Source: Gemmatimonadales bacterium (GTDB lineage: Bacteria; Gemmatimonadota; Gemmatimonadetes; Gemmatimonadales; GWC2-71-9). From it: 64,000 nt of DNA. Under the pieces are notes generated by a model, which did not search any database, was not told where the DNA came from, and worked only from the letters and a program-made list of their open reading frames with translations. Positions 1 to 8,053 of the stretch are shown here, piece after piece (positions within the stretch are counted from its first letter, which is position 1; each line of letters opens with the position of its first letter). The DNA is taken from assembly GCA_036556625.1 (NCBI GenBank), contig DATBJC010000006.1, forward strand, positions 7,653 to 71,652, written 5' to 3'. The translations under genes were made by a program, and so were the position numbers.

Positions 1-584
1 GCCTGGTCCGCCACCTCACCCTTGGCGTAGCCGACCTTGATCGCCTCGCCGCTGGTCAGAGTGAGCAGCGTGGTCTTGCCGTCCAGTCCCGGAATCTCGA
101 TCTCCTCGTCCACCATCGCCTCGGCGATGCGCGGATCGAGCCTGCGTTCCTCCGCCACCGCCCGGAACTCCGCCCGCATCGCGGATACCATCTTTTCCGA
201 GGCCCGCTGCCCCTCCCCGTCCACCGGCGTGGCGGCCCCCAGCACCGCGCCCGGTCGCATGTATACCTCGCGGGCGGAGATGGCGATGAGCGCGCCGGCG
301 CTGAACGCGCGAGGGTTCACGAACGCGTAGACCGGAAGGGTGGAGCGGCGCACGGCGTCGGAGATGCGCTCGGCCGCGTCCACTCGACCGCCCGGCGTGT
401 CGATGTCGAGATAGGCCGCGGCGGCGCCCGACGCCTCCGCCTCGCGCAGCGTGCGCGCGACGTAGGGGGCCAGGCCGTTCTCCACGGTGCCGCTCACGCT
501 GATGCGGTAGACCACCGGGGACTGGCCCGCGGCGGGAGCGGCGGACAGAAGAAGGGCGAGCGTCAGGAACAGCGGTGGGCGCAT
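1..584 (-). CDS. NfeD-like membrane-bound ClpP-class serine protease, N-terminal part (3' end runs off the window)
   Basis: Own translation of the minus strand from ATG 584-582: MRPPLFLTLALLLSAAPAAGQSPVVYRISVSG...AAAYLDIDTPGGRVDAAERISDAV...NPRAFSAGALIAISA. It shows a signal peptide plus ClpP/SppA-type motifs. The frame is open to position 1, so it is absent from the ORF track. Confidence 0.6.
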   Translation of the reverse strand, partial: MRPPLFLTLALLLSAAPAAGQSPVVYRISVSGTVENGLAPYVARTLREAEASGAAAAYLDIDTPGGRVDAAERISDAVRRSTLPVYAFVNPRAFSAGALIAISAREVYMRPGAVLGAATPVDGEGQRASEKMVSAMRAEFRAVAEERRLDPRIAEAMVDEEIEIPGLDGKTTLLTLTSGEAIKVGYAKGEVADQ

Positions 585-614
585 CGCGGAGCCTGGTCGG
601 GAGACGCCGGAAAT

Positions 615-1127
615 CTAGTCGTCGTCTCCGTGGCGGCGAAAGCCTCGGTGCTCCCCGCGATGCTGGCCCCCGTGATGGTCTCGCATCTCGTGAACCCGCT
701 GGAGCAACCGTTCCCGAAGCACCAGGAGCCGAGCGCGCTGGACCGGGGTCAGGAAGGTCAACTGGTTCATCTCTTCCCGCCAGCTTTCGGCATAGCGCAC
801 CCGGAGCTCCAGCAGCTCCCGGGTCATCCGCGCCACGCTGTCGGAGTGGGCGGTGACACCGTCACCGGTCTGGCGCTCGAGCGCCTCTCGAAGGTCCCGT
901 TCGCGATGGCGAAGCTCCTTGCGACGGCGGCCGTGCTCCATCGCGACGGACTTGAGTCTGGCCGACTGTTCCTCGCTGAGGCCCAGCTCTTCCTTGACCC
1001 GTTCGGCGAACCGCCGCTCGATCCGTCCGCGCAGCTCCGGGGCCGACGGGTGGCTGTCGTGCTCCCCTTGGGCAGCCAGCGGCGGGGCCGCGGCCAATAG
1101 AAGACCACCGAGCACTAACCAGCGCAT
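615..1127 (-). CDS. Periplasmic LTXXQ-motif (CpxP/Spy/ZraP-like) protein with His-rich tail
   Basis: An in-frame ATG at 1127 inside track ORF 615..1640 gives the signal peptide MRWLVLGGLLLAAAPPLAAQ. Helical LSEEQ and LTPVQ motifs are present, with a C-terminal HHGGQHRGEHRGFRRHGDDD tail. The start overlaps the upstream stop (TGATG). Confidence 0.6.
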   Translation of the reverse strand: MRWLVLGGLLLAAAPPLAAQGEHDSHPSAPELRGRIERRFAERVKEELGLSEEQSARLKSVAMEHGRRRKELRHRERDLREALERQTGDGVTAHSDSVARMTRELLELRVRYAESWREEMNQLTFLTPVQRARLLVLRERLLQRVHEMRDHHGGQHRGEHRGFRRHGDDD

Positions 1128-1648
1128 CAGCCCTCCCAGGTTGCCAACAGCTGTTCCAGCTCTCCATCCTCGTGCTCGCCCAGGGTGGACGCATCGAGGC
1201 CCGACGATCCCGTGGACGGCCGATCGATGGACCGGAGCAGCGTGTCGAGCTGGGCCGCGCCGAGTCCCTCCAGCTCCGGAAGCGGAACCAGGGCCTCGGC
1301 GCCGGCGATCGGTCGAGTGGCCGGCGTGGGTTCCGCCGGGCGATCGAACGTGACCGCCACCAGGATCGCCGCGGCGACCGCCGCCGCCCCGGCGAACGAC
1401 CAGGCGCGGCGGGCTCGCTGCCGGGCCATCCGGTCTTCCGCCAGCCGCTGATGCAACGTCGTCACCAGCTTGGACGGCTCGGTGATGGTCGGCGCGTGGG
1501 CCTCCAGACGCCGCGCCAGCAGCGTCAGCTCCCACTCTCCCCGGCAGTCGGCGCATTCGGCGAGATGAGCCGCCTCGTCGGGAGCCCAGGTAGCGCGATG
1601 CCGGGCGACCTCGGGCATTCGCTCGGACAGCCGGGTACACCGATTCAT
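1127..1648 (-). CDS. Anti-sigma factor, zinc-finger (ZAS) type, single transmembrane helix
   Basis: ATG at 1648 (MNRCTRLSE...) overlaps the sigma-factor stop as ATGA. HLAECADC matches H-x3-C-x2-C. TM segment: AWSFAGAAAVAAAILVAVTF. The upstream part of track ORF 1127..1987 is an Arg/Gly-rich shadow. Confidence 0.65.
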   Translation of the reverse strand: MNRCTRLSERMPEVARHRATWAPDEAAHLAECADCRGEWELTLLARRLEAHAPTITEPSKLVTTLHQRLAEDRMARQRARRAWSFAGAAAVAAAILVAVTFDRPAEPTPATRPIAGAEALVPLPELEGLGAAQLDTLLRSIDRPSTGSSGLDASTLGEHEDGELEQLLATWEG

Positions 1649-2193
1649 CGGACCAGCTCCTTGAGTCGCTTCACGGCATGGTGATAGTGGACCCGCGCTG
1701 CACCGGGCGTGGTGCCGAGCGCGGCGGCGATCTCCCGGTAATCGGATCCCTGCTGGGTCCGGAGTAGGAAGACCTCGCGCTGAAGCCGCGGCAAGGTCGC
1801 GAGACCGCGCCGCAGGCGCTCCTCCGCTTCCCTTGCCGCGAGATCCGCGTGGGGATCCGCCCGGTCCGGCAGATCGCGATCCTCGAGCGAGAGCATCCGC
1901 CTGCCCTTCCGGCGCCGGTACTCGTCCCGCAGAACGTTGCTTGCGATCACGAAGAGCCAGCTTCGGAACGACGCTTCCCCCCGCCACCCGTCCAGCCGGC
2001 GGAAGGCGCGGAAGAGCGCCTCCTGTACCAGGTCCTCGATCTCGTCCCGCCCCGCTCCCGAGCTGTACAGGAACCGCCCGACTGCCGGCGCGTGACGCCG
2101 GACCAGCTCGGCCGCCGCCCTCTCGTCACCGGCTCGATACGCAGCGGCCAGCGCGTGATCGGAGGGTGTCTCCAACACGGGGGAGGCGCTCAT
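1645..2193 (-). CDS. ECF (group IV) RNA polymerase sigma-70 factor
   Basis: 182 aa. Region 2 is EDLVQEALFRAFRRLDGWRGEASFRSWLFVIASN. Region 4 HTH is SDYREIAAALGTTPGAARVHYHHAVKRLKE. Confidence 0.85.
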   Translation of the reverse strand: MSASPVLETPSDHALAAAYRAGDERAAAELVRRHAPAVGRFLYSSGAGRDEIEDLVQEALFRAFRRLDGWRGEASFRSWLFVIASNVLRDEYRRRKGRRMLSLEDRDLPDRADPHADLAAREAEERLRRGLATLPRLQREVFLLRTQQGSDYREIAAALGTTPGAARVHYHHAVKRLKELVR

Positions 2194-2205
2194 CCAGGCG
2201 GGAAG

Positions 2206-2230
2206 GACGACGAGTGTCGCACTCTGTTAA
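2206..2230 (-). promoter_or_regulatory. Candidate ECF-type promoter (TTAAC-N16-CGTC) upstream of the ECF sigma gene
   Basis: The minus strand reads ccTTAACagagtgcgacactcgtCGTCcttcccgcctggATG. AAC-N16-CGTC resembles autoregulated ECF promoters. It lies only ~12 nt from the ATG, so the mRNA would be nearly leaderless or the true start lies downstream (GTG/TTG at codons 6-7). Confidence 0.3.
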
Positions 2231-2250
2231 GGCCCGCTATCTTAGGCCGC

Positions 2251-2955
2251 ATGCGACGGCCCAATGTGATCGCGCATCGCGGCGCCTCCGGCTACGAATA
2301 CGAGAACTCCCGGGCAGCCTTCCGGCGCGCGGTCATGCTGGATGCCGACGGGGTGGAGCTGGACGTCCACGCCACCCGCGACGGGGTGATCGTGGTACAT
2401 CACGACGCCGAGATCCCTGGATTCGGACCCATCGGCCTGCTCTCCTGGTCCGAGGCCCGGCAGGTGCGCATTCGAAACGGAGAGCCGCTGCCGCTGCTGT
2501 CGGAGGTGCTGGAGCTGGTGGGTGACCGCGAAGTGTACGTCGAGGTCAAGAGCCTGCCGCCGATCCACGACCAGCAGTTCCTCGCGGTGCTCGATCAGGG
2601 TCCGGCCCCGCCCCGCTATTCCATTCACAGCTTCGACCACCGGATCGTCAGGCGGCTGGGAACCTGCCGTGAGGAGGTGCGACGGGGCATCCTGCTGTCG
2701 GCCTACCTCGCCGATCCCGTCGCCGCCATGCGCGGAGTGGGCGCCACGACGCTGTGGCAGGAGTGGCAGCAGGTGGATCAGGAGCTGGTCAATCGAGTGC
2801 ACGACGCCGGCTTCTCGATTATCGCCTGGACCGTGAATGAGATCGGGGATCTCGAGCGGATGGCGCGCCTGGGGGTCGATGGGCTCTGTGGCAATTACCC
2901 CGACCGGATCCGGGTCGCCATAGCGACCCGGGTCGGCGAGGTGTCGCGCACCTGA
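2251..2955 (+). CDS. Glycerophosphodiester phosphodiesterase (GDPD family)
   Basis: ATG at 2251 within track ORF 1849..2955. Motifs: MRRPNVIAHRGASGYEYENSRAAF and VELDVHATRDGVIVVHHD. C-terminal IIAWTVN is typical of GDPD. Confidence 0.8.
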   Translation: MRRPNVIAHRGASGYEYENSRAAFRRAVMLDADGVELDVHATRDGVIVVHHDAEIPGFGPIGLLSWSEARQVRIRNGEPLPLLSEVLELVGDREVYVEVKSLPPIHDQQFLAVLDQGPAPPRYSIHSFDHRIVRRLGTCREEVRRGILLSAYLADPVAAMRGVGATTLWQEWQQVDQELVNRVHDAGFSIIAWTVNEIGDLERMARLGVDGLCGNYPDRIRVAIATRVGEVSRT

Positions 2956-2961
2956 CCGGGC

Positions 2962-3309
2962 TCAGGGGGTCGGTGCAGGAACGTTCGTCTCGGCGGGCGG
3001 GGGTGGAGTGGGAGGAGCGGCTGCCGCGCGCTGGCGCTTGGCCTCCGCGATCTCTCCCTCCAGCCGACCGATTTCCTTCTCCAGGTCATCCAGCCGCAGC
3101 AACAGGGCGTCGACTCTACGCTGCTCGATCTCACCGCCCCGCTCGCGGCGGTGGAACAGCAGTCCCAGATCGCGCGCGGCATTGTCCTGCTTGCGCCGGT
3201 AGCGGAGCAGCTCGATCTGGAGCTTCCCCTCGTCGAGCGCCGCCTGGGCCTTCTTGCCGAACTCGGTCAGCTCCTGGTTCAGGCGGTCGAAGAGCGTGGA
3301 CTTGGTCAT
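2962..3309 (-). CDS. Hypothetical coiled-coil protein with Pro-rich tail
   Basis: ATG at 3309 is preceded by a GGAGG RBS (ctggaggaccgATG). Starts MTKSTLFDRLNQELTEFGKKAQ, has a heptad-like charged helix and ends in a PPTPPPPAETNVPAPTP tail. I recognise no family. Confidence 0.5.
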   Translation of the reverse strand: MTKSTLFDRLNQELTEFGKKAQAALDEGKLQIELLRYRRKQDNAARDLGLLFHRRERGGEIEQRRVDALLLRLDDLEKEIGRLEGEIAEAKRQRAAAAPPTPPPPAETNVPAPTP

Positions 3310-3420
3310 CGGTCCTCCAGTCATATGGCCGGGACATGACGCCGAGCCCGGCCCGGATGTTTCAAGCGGCGTCGCGTCGGCCGCCCTGACGGCACGCCCG
3401 GACAATCAGTGGAAGATAAG

Positions 3421-3457
3421 CGACGAGGGGGACGCGGTGTCCGCGTCCCCCTCGTCG
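3421..3457 (-). terminator. 17-bp perfect GC-rich hairpin downstream of rpmA
   Basis: cgacgagggggacgcgg tgt ccgcgtccccctcgtcg. On the minus strand it is followed by cttatcttcc. It sits 23 nt after the rpmA stop. Confidence 0.6.
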
Positions 3458-3479
3458 GTGTCTTCCGGGCAATCCGCGG

Positions 3480-3749
3480 TCAGCTCGCGGCGGCCTCGGC
3501 AGGATAGACCGACACCTTCTGCCGGTCCTTGTCCTTGAACTCGAACCTGACCACGCCGTCGATCAAGGCGAAGAGGGTATCGTCATTCGCCCGGCGCACG
3601 TTCTTGCCCGCATGGAACTTGGTGCCGCGCTGGCGAACCAGGATGTTGCCGGCGAGCACCCGCTCCCCCCCGTACCGCTTGACGCCGAGATACTTGGGGT
3701 TGCTGGTACGACCGTTCCGGCTGGAGCCTACGCCCTTCTTGTGTGCCAT
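3480..3749 (-). CDS. rpmA: 50S ribosomal protein L27
   Basis: [29 protein letters not shown]...[15 protein letters not shown], the canonical L27 sequence. Confidence 0.95.
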   Translation of the reverse strand: MAHKKGVGSSRNGRTSNPKYLGVKRYGGERVLAGNILVRQRGTKFHAGKNVRRANDDTLFALIDGVVRFEFKDKDRQKVSVYPAEAAAS

Positions 3750-3756
3750 CTGCGCC

Positions 3757-4071
3757 TCAACCCAGCTTCAAGTCGGTGATCCGAACCTCGGTGTACTGCT
3801 GCCGATGCCCGGTCTTACGGCGGTAGTTCTTCCGCCGCTTGAATTTGAACACGTAGATCTTGGGCTCTTTCCCCTCGCCCACGACTTCGGCCTCGACCGA
3901 GGCGCCTTTGACCAAAGGCGCGCCCGCCTTGATGGTCTCGCCATCGGACGAGAGCAGCACTTCATCGAAGGTCACCTTGGATCCGGCCGCCGCGTTCATG
4001 AGCGGGAGGCGGAGGGTCTTACCCTTCTCCGCCCGGAACTGCTTGCCGAGGGCGCGAAAGATCGCGTACAT
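3757..4071 (-). CDS. rplU: 50S ribosomal protein L21
   Basis: [23 protein letters not shown]...[28 protein letters not shown], the canonical L21 sequence, immediately upstream of rpmA. Confidence 0.95.
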   Translation of the reverse strand: MYAIFRALGKQFRAEKGKTLRLPLMNAAAGSKVTFDEVLLSSDGETIKAGAPLVKGASVEAEVVGEGKEPKIYVFKFKRRKNYRRKTGHRQQYTEVRITDLKLG

Positions 4072-4175
4072 GAGTGAATCCGTGAGTTCAGGTCTGCCAA
4101 GTCGTTAGCCCGTAAACCTATAAGCCTCGGCACCTCGACGCAAGGCAGCCGGGCCGAGCCCATCGACGAGCCCAA

Positions 4176-5009
4176 TCACAGATCGAACCGCACCTCCAAT
4201 CCCAGGTACCGACTCTCCTCGCGAAAGAACTGCCGCTGGGTGGACAGACCGTCGTGGGCGATGAGGGCGAGGCCGATCTCCCGGCCGGCCGGGGTGGTCT
4301 GGAGGGCGACCCCGGCCTTCAGGGAGCCGCTCACCCGCCAACTGGTCGCGGCACTCGCGTCGAAGAAGACCCCAGCCACCGGACGCAGCGCGCCGCCTCC
4401 ACTTCGGCGGGGCCCCCGGAAGTCCACGGCGAAGGTCCCTCCCGGGCGCTTCAGCTTGAGCTCATCGCGAAGCGCGTAGCTTGCGCTTCCGGTGATCCGC
4501 CACGGTCCGGCGTTGTAGCTGGCCCACCCGACGAGCACCTCGCGGGTCCAGTCGAGGCGCTTGGCGTCGAAGGCATCCTCGTACTCGTCGCCCAGGTGGC
4601 TGCTCTCGTGATACATCTCCGCGGTGAAGGCCCATCGTCCCAGGACCGCCGTGCCGTTGAGTCCGACGACCCAGTCGTTGCTGATCAGCGCATCCCTGCT
4701 GTCACCCAGGCTGAAGCGGGCATAGACCTGCGAGCCCAGCCCCAGGGTGATCGGCCGCTCGCCCCGCCGCAGCGCCAGCACCGGAAAGTTCTCGCCCAGC
4801 GCCACCTCGGCCTCGGCCTCCTTGCCGAAGCGGCTCTCGCCTCGCTGTACCGAGATCAGGCGGCCGACGAGCCCGTGCACCCGGGGCGATGCCTCGGGCC
4901 GCTCGAAGCTTGGAACATTCGGAAAGATGCGGGCTTGTGCCTGAACAGCTCCCGGAACTTCGAGGAGCGCTGCGAGTGCCCAGCAGGCTCCCCTCACCCT
5001 GCTTGACAT
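4176..5009 (-). CDS. DUF1207-like outer-membrane/periplasmic protein
   Basis: Signal peptide MSSRVRGACWALAALLEVPGAVQAQA. FERPEASPR and MYHESSHLGDEY motifs match my memory of DUF1207. The pattern is beta-rich and alternating. Confidence 0.55.
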   Translation of the reverse strand: MSSRVRGACWALAALLEVPGAVQAQARIFPNVPSFERPEASPRVHGLVGRLISVQRGESRFGKEAEAEVALGENFPVLALRRGERPITLGLGSQVYARFSLGDSRDALISNDWVVGLNGTAVLGRWAFTAEMYHESSHLGDEYEDAFDAKRLDWTREVLVGWASYNAGPWRITGSASYALRDELKLKRPGGTFAVDFRGPRRSGGGALRPVAGVFFDASAATSWRVSGSLKAGVALQTTPAGREIGLALIAHDGLSTQRQFFREESRYLGLEVRFDL

Positions 5010-5122
5010 TGCTTCCTTGCCTTCAGAATTTGCGGCCGACGGCGATGGTGCACGTCGGCTGCGGAAAGGTGCGGGCCGTCTGGCGCCCGCGCAATGCTCA
5101 CGTCCCCCTCGGGAGTTCGCGC

Positions 5123-6190
5123 ATGTGGAGTTCGTTCCTCGCTGCCCTGCTGGTCGCTGGGCCCACCCCGGGCCCCACCGACCCCAAGGTCACCGTGACA
5201 GTGGATTCGAGCCGCAAGGAACTGGTGATCACGGCCGGGCCGTTCGACCTCCCCAACATGCCGCCCATGGAAGACCACGCGATGATGGATCTGGGCATGT
5301 CGCACGACACGCCGATCCAGCGCTTCCGATGGCCGATCGACGGCTGGCTCCGCGGCTTCGAGCTGGAGCTGACCGATGCGCAGGGCCGCCCGGTCCCCCG
5401 GCACGTGATTCACCATATGATCATGGTGAACTTCAGCCGTCGCATGCTGCTCTACCCGTCGGTGGAACGGTTGGCTGGCGCGGGCACCGAAACCGAGGAC
5501 ATCAAGGTGCCCAAGACCATCGGCGTGCCGATGAAGCCCGGCATGGACCTCGGGATGTACGTGGCCTGGCACAACGACACCGGCAAGGATCTGCACGGAG
5601 TGCAGCTGACCCTCCGGATGCTGTGGACTCCCAAGAATCAGAATCCCCAGCCGGTGAACGCGCTCCCGATCTACATGGACGTGAACCTCACGGTCGGAGG
5701 GAGCAACACCTTCGACGTGCCGCCGGGCAAGTCGGAGAAGGCGTACGAATTCAGCCTGCCGATGAGTGGGCGGCTGCTGGGCGTCGGGGGCCATCTACAC
5801 GATTACGGCGTCCGGGTTCGACTGGAGGACGCGGAGACCGGCAAGGTGCTCACGGTGGTGAACGCCACCCGGGACTCCACCGGCAAGGTGACCAAGGTGA
5901 GCCGACGGCTCTTCGCGGTGTCGGGCGAAGGTCTCAAGCTGAAGGCCAACCATCGCTATCGCGTGGTGGGCGAGTACGACAATCCGACCGGTGAGACCCG
6001 GGTACGGGGGGCGATGGCTCACATGTCCGGCTTGTTCACGCCCGACGACCTGAGCGAATGGCCCACGATCGATCCGTCGAATCCCGCCTACAAGCGCGAC
6101 ATGGCAGCGCTTCAGGCTCGAGGAGCGGAGCCCGGTGGGCATCAGCACGAAACCCAGACGAACAGCCACGAGGATCACGCGGGGCACTAG
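5123..6190 (+). CDS. Secreted protein with PHM/DBH-like (copper type II monooxygenase-like) ligand pattern and His-rich C-terminus
   Basis: ATG at 5123 (MWSSFLAALLVAGPTPG) within track ORF 4889..6190. Motifs: RHVIHHMIMVNF, WHNDTG, GGHLHDYG and AMAHMSG. The tail is GGHQHETQTNSHEDHAGH. The functional call is inference; see findings. Confidence 0.55.
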   Translation: MWSSFLAALLVAGPTPGPTDPKVTVTVDSSRKELVITAGPFDLPNMPPMEDHAMMDLGMSHDTPIQRFRWPIDGWLRGFELELTDAQGRPVPRHVIHHMIMVNFSRRMLLYPSVERLAGAGTETEDIKVPKTIGVPMKPGMDLGMYVAWHNDTGKDLHGVQLTLRMLWTPKNQNPQPVNALPIYMDVNLTVGGSNTFDVPPGKSEKAYEFSLPMSGRLLGVGGHLHDYGVRVRLEDAETGKVLTVVNATRDSTGKVTKVSRRLFAVSGEGLKLKANHRYRVVGEYDNPTGETRVRGAMAHMSGLFTPDDLSEWPTIDPSNPAYKRDMAALQARGAEPGGHQHETQTNSHEDHAGH

Positions 6191-6230
6191 GCTTGTGCGC
6201 CGGGTAGTGCGATGTCGCCCTGATCAACGC

Positions 6231-6260
6231 GAAGGGGACCATGCCGACATGGTCCCCTTC
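6231..6260. terminator. 12-bp hairpin between convergent genes
   Basis: gaaggggaccat gccgac atggtccccttc, a perfect stem. It lies between the stop of 5123..6190 (+) and the stop of 6315..7352 (-). There is no U-tract. Confidence 0.45.
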
Positions 6261-6314
6261 ACTGCGTTCAGGGTGACATAGCTCCTCACCGTCACCCTTC
6301 TGTCCGCGGGCCGC

Positions 6315-7352
6315 TCAGTGGTTGATGATCCTCCGAACGCCGACCCACCGCTGGTACCACCAACGTCCATAAGGATCGTCGCCGCTCAACACGCTGATCT
6401 GTACTCCGCGGCTGGCACTGTGAATGAAGCGGCCCTCACCGATGTACAGCCCGACATGGCTCACGGGGCCGCCTCGATTGGAGAAGGTCAACAGATCGCC
6501 AGGGGCCAGCGCGCCCAGCTTCCTGGCTACTGCCCTTCCCTCCTTGGCCTGCTCCACGCTGGTCCGCGGCAATGCGATGCCGTGCTGCCCGTAGGCGTGC
6601 TGGATCAGCCCCGAGCAATCGAATCCGCCGCCGTCTTCGCCGGTGCCACCCCAGCTGTACGCTCGGCCCATGGCGCGTCGCGCTGTGGCGATGACGGCCT
6701 CGCGTAACGGCAACGGTTGCGCCGAATCCTCAACGGTCGATGGCGTCGCGGTATCGGAGACTTCTGCGCTGCTAGCCGATGGAATCTCGGTCGCGGAGGG
6801 AATCCCGGCATCTGAGGCGATCGTTGGGGTCGTGGTGGGTCTGGGCCGAGCTCCCCGGTGGCCACCGAATCGGATCGAGAGCCCGGCGGCCACCTCCACC
6901 CCGTTTCTGCGGTCGAGCGACAGCTCGCGCCAGCGCGCTTCCGCCCCGAACGCGAGGAAGGAGGTCGGAAACAGCTCGTATCCCGCGCCCGCCGACCAGG
7001 AGCCCCACAGGCTGGAGAGATCGCCCGACTGGGGCGATCCCATGCCGCCCCCGACTCCGGCCACCAGGTAGGGGCCCTGCGTGCCGCCCTTGAAGGCGGT
7101 GAGGTCTGTTGAAATCCCGGCGAATGCCCCGTCTCCCCCGTCGGCACGGCGGAGGTAGTTGCCGTGCAGTCCCAGACCGAGCACGCCGGTCACCCGCCGG
7201 TTCAGGCCGAGCCGGTAGAGATCCCACCCGCCGTCCTCGTAGAATCGCCCCACCTGCCCCTCGATACCCTGAGCCCGCAAGGGTGCCGCGCCCGGCGCCA
7301 ATGCGAGGCCCAGAGCTGGAAGGGTCAGGGTCAGCGTGCGGCGGATGGTCAT
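6315..7352 (-). CDS. NlpC/P60 peptidoglycan endopeptidase with N-terminal beta-barrel-like domain and Ser/Thr/Pro linker
   Basis: ATG at 7352 (MTIRRTLTLTLPALGLALAPGAAPLRAQG). The C-terminus GFDCSGLIQHAYGQHGIALPRTS...SHVGLYIGEGRFIHSAS carries the Cys/His catalytic motifs of NlpC/P60. The N-terminal ~150 aa has an alternating pattern ending in GLSIRFG. Confidence 0.8.
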   Translation of the reverse strand: MTIRRTLTLTLPALGLALAPGAAPLRAQGIEGQVGRFYEDGGWDLYRLGLNRRVTGVLGLGLHGNYLRRADGGDGAFAGISTDLTAFKGGTQGPYLVAGVGGGMGSPQSGDLSSLWGSWSAGAGYELFPTSFLAFGAEARWRELSLDRRNGVEVAAGLSIRFGGHRGARPRPTTTPTIASDAGIPSATEIPSASSAEVSDTATPSTVEDSAQPLPLREAVIATARRAMGRAYSWGGTGEDGGGFDCSGLIQHAYGQHGIALPRTSVEQAKEGRAVARKLGALAPGDLLTFSNRGGPVSHVGLYIGEGRFIHSASRGVQISVLSGDDPYGRWWYQRWVGVRRIINH

Positions 7353-7735
7353 CGCTCTGGTACCGGCCGGCCGGTGCGAAGATTCACCAGGTAGGCATCG
7401 CCCGGAACACACTGATTGGAGAGCCGGGCGCGAATCGTGGAGTCGTTGACCAGCTCAGGTATGGTGCCGGTGTACAGCAGCGGAACCGGAATCCGGGAAT
7501 CTCCGCGGCGAATTTCGATGGTCCGGTCGGTGCAGGTCGTGCCGTCCGGCGCCTTGCTTTCGCGCGAAAGGGTGAACCAGATCTCCGCTCCATCCGGCGC
7601 GGTCGCGACCAATGAATCGGCGGGCGCGGACACCGGTGGCTCCGCTGCTGCGCCGGGCTTGCCCGCTTCCTCGCCGTCCGCCGTGCAGGCGAAGATCGGG
7701 ATCAGCGCCCCCCAGAGCGTCACGCCGCGCGGCAT
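7349..7735 (-). CDS. Hypothetical lipoprotein
   Basis: ATG at 7735 (MPRGVTLWGALIPIFACTADGEE) with a lipobox-like IFAC. The start overlaps the upstream stop and its own stop overlaps the NlpC/P60 start (ATGA). Confidence 0.55.
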   Translation of the reverse strand: MPRGVTLWGALIPIFACTADGEEAGKPGAAAEPPVSAPADSLVATAPDGAEIWFTLSRESKAPDGTTCTDRTIEIRRGDSRIPVPLLYTGTIPELVNDSTIRARLSNQCVPGDAYLVNLRTGRPVPER

Positions 7736-8049
7736 CACGAGGGATGAGCTCCCTGGTCGGATGTCGCTTCCGGGATCAGCATTTCCGTGGTATCGGGCGT
7801 GCCGTCTTCGGTGACCGCCAGGACCTCTCGCACCTCGGGCGAGCGCCGCAGGAATTCCAGCCAGCCGATCAGGGCGGCAAAGCCGGTGAGTGCTCCACAG
7901 AGGGCGGTGACCCCGAGGCCCTTTACCGGGTCGTCCATCCGCATTGCAACGAGTGCGCCGCCCACCGCCCCGAAAAACGAAGCCGCCCACGCCAGGAATG
8001 GTGTGAGCAGCCAGCCGAAGATCCGGAAGAGCAGCCGAATCCAGCGCAT
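7735..8049 (-). CDS. Small membrane protein (2-3 TM), hypothetical
   Basis: ATG at 8049 (MRWIRLLFRIFGWLLTPFLAWAASFFGAVGGALVA...GVTALCGALTGFAALIGWL). The longer track ORF start is an Arg/Ser/Pro-rich shadow. Confidence 0.5.
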   Translation of the reverse strand: MRWIRLLFRIFGWLLTPFLAWAASFFGAVGGALVAMRMDDPVKGLGVTALCGALTGFAALIGWLEFLRRSPEVREVLAVTEDGTPDTTEMLIPEATSDQGAHPS

Positions 8050-8053
8050 CGAG

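Noticed and set aside
4072-4175. Ribosomal-protein leader or promoter upstream of rplU (TTGCGT-15-TATAGG)
   Set aside because: The spacer length is suboptimal, and I cannot verify any conserved L21-leader structure by eye.
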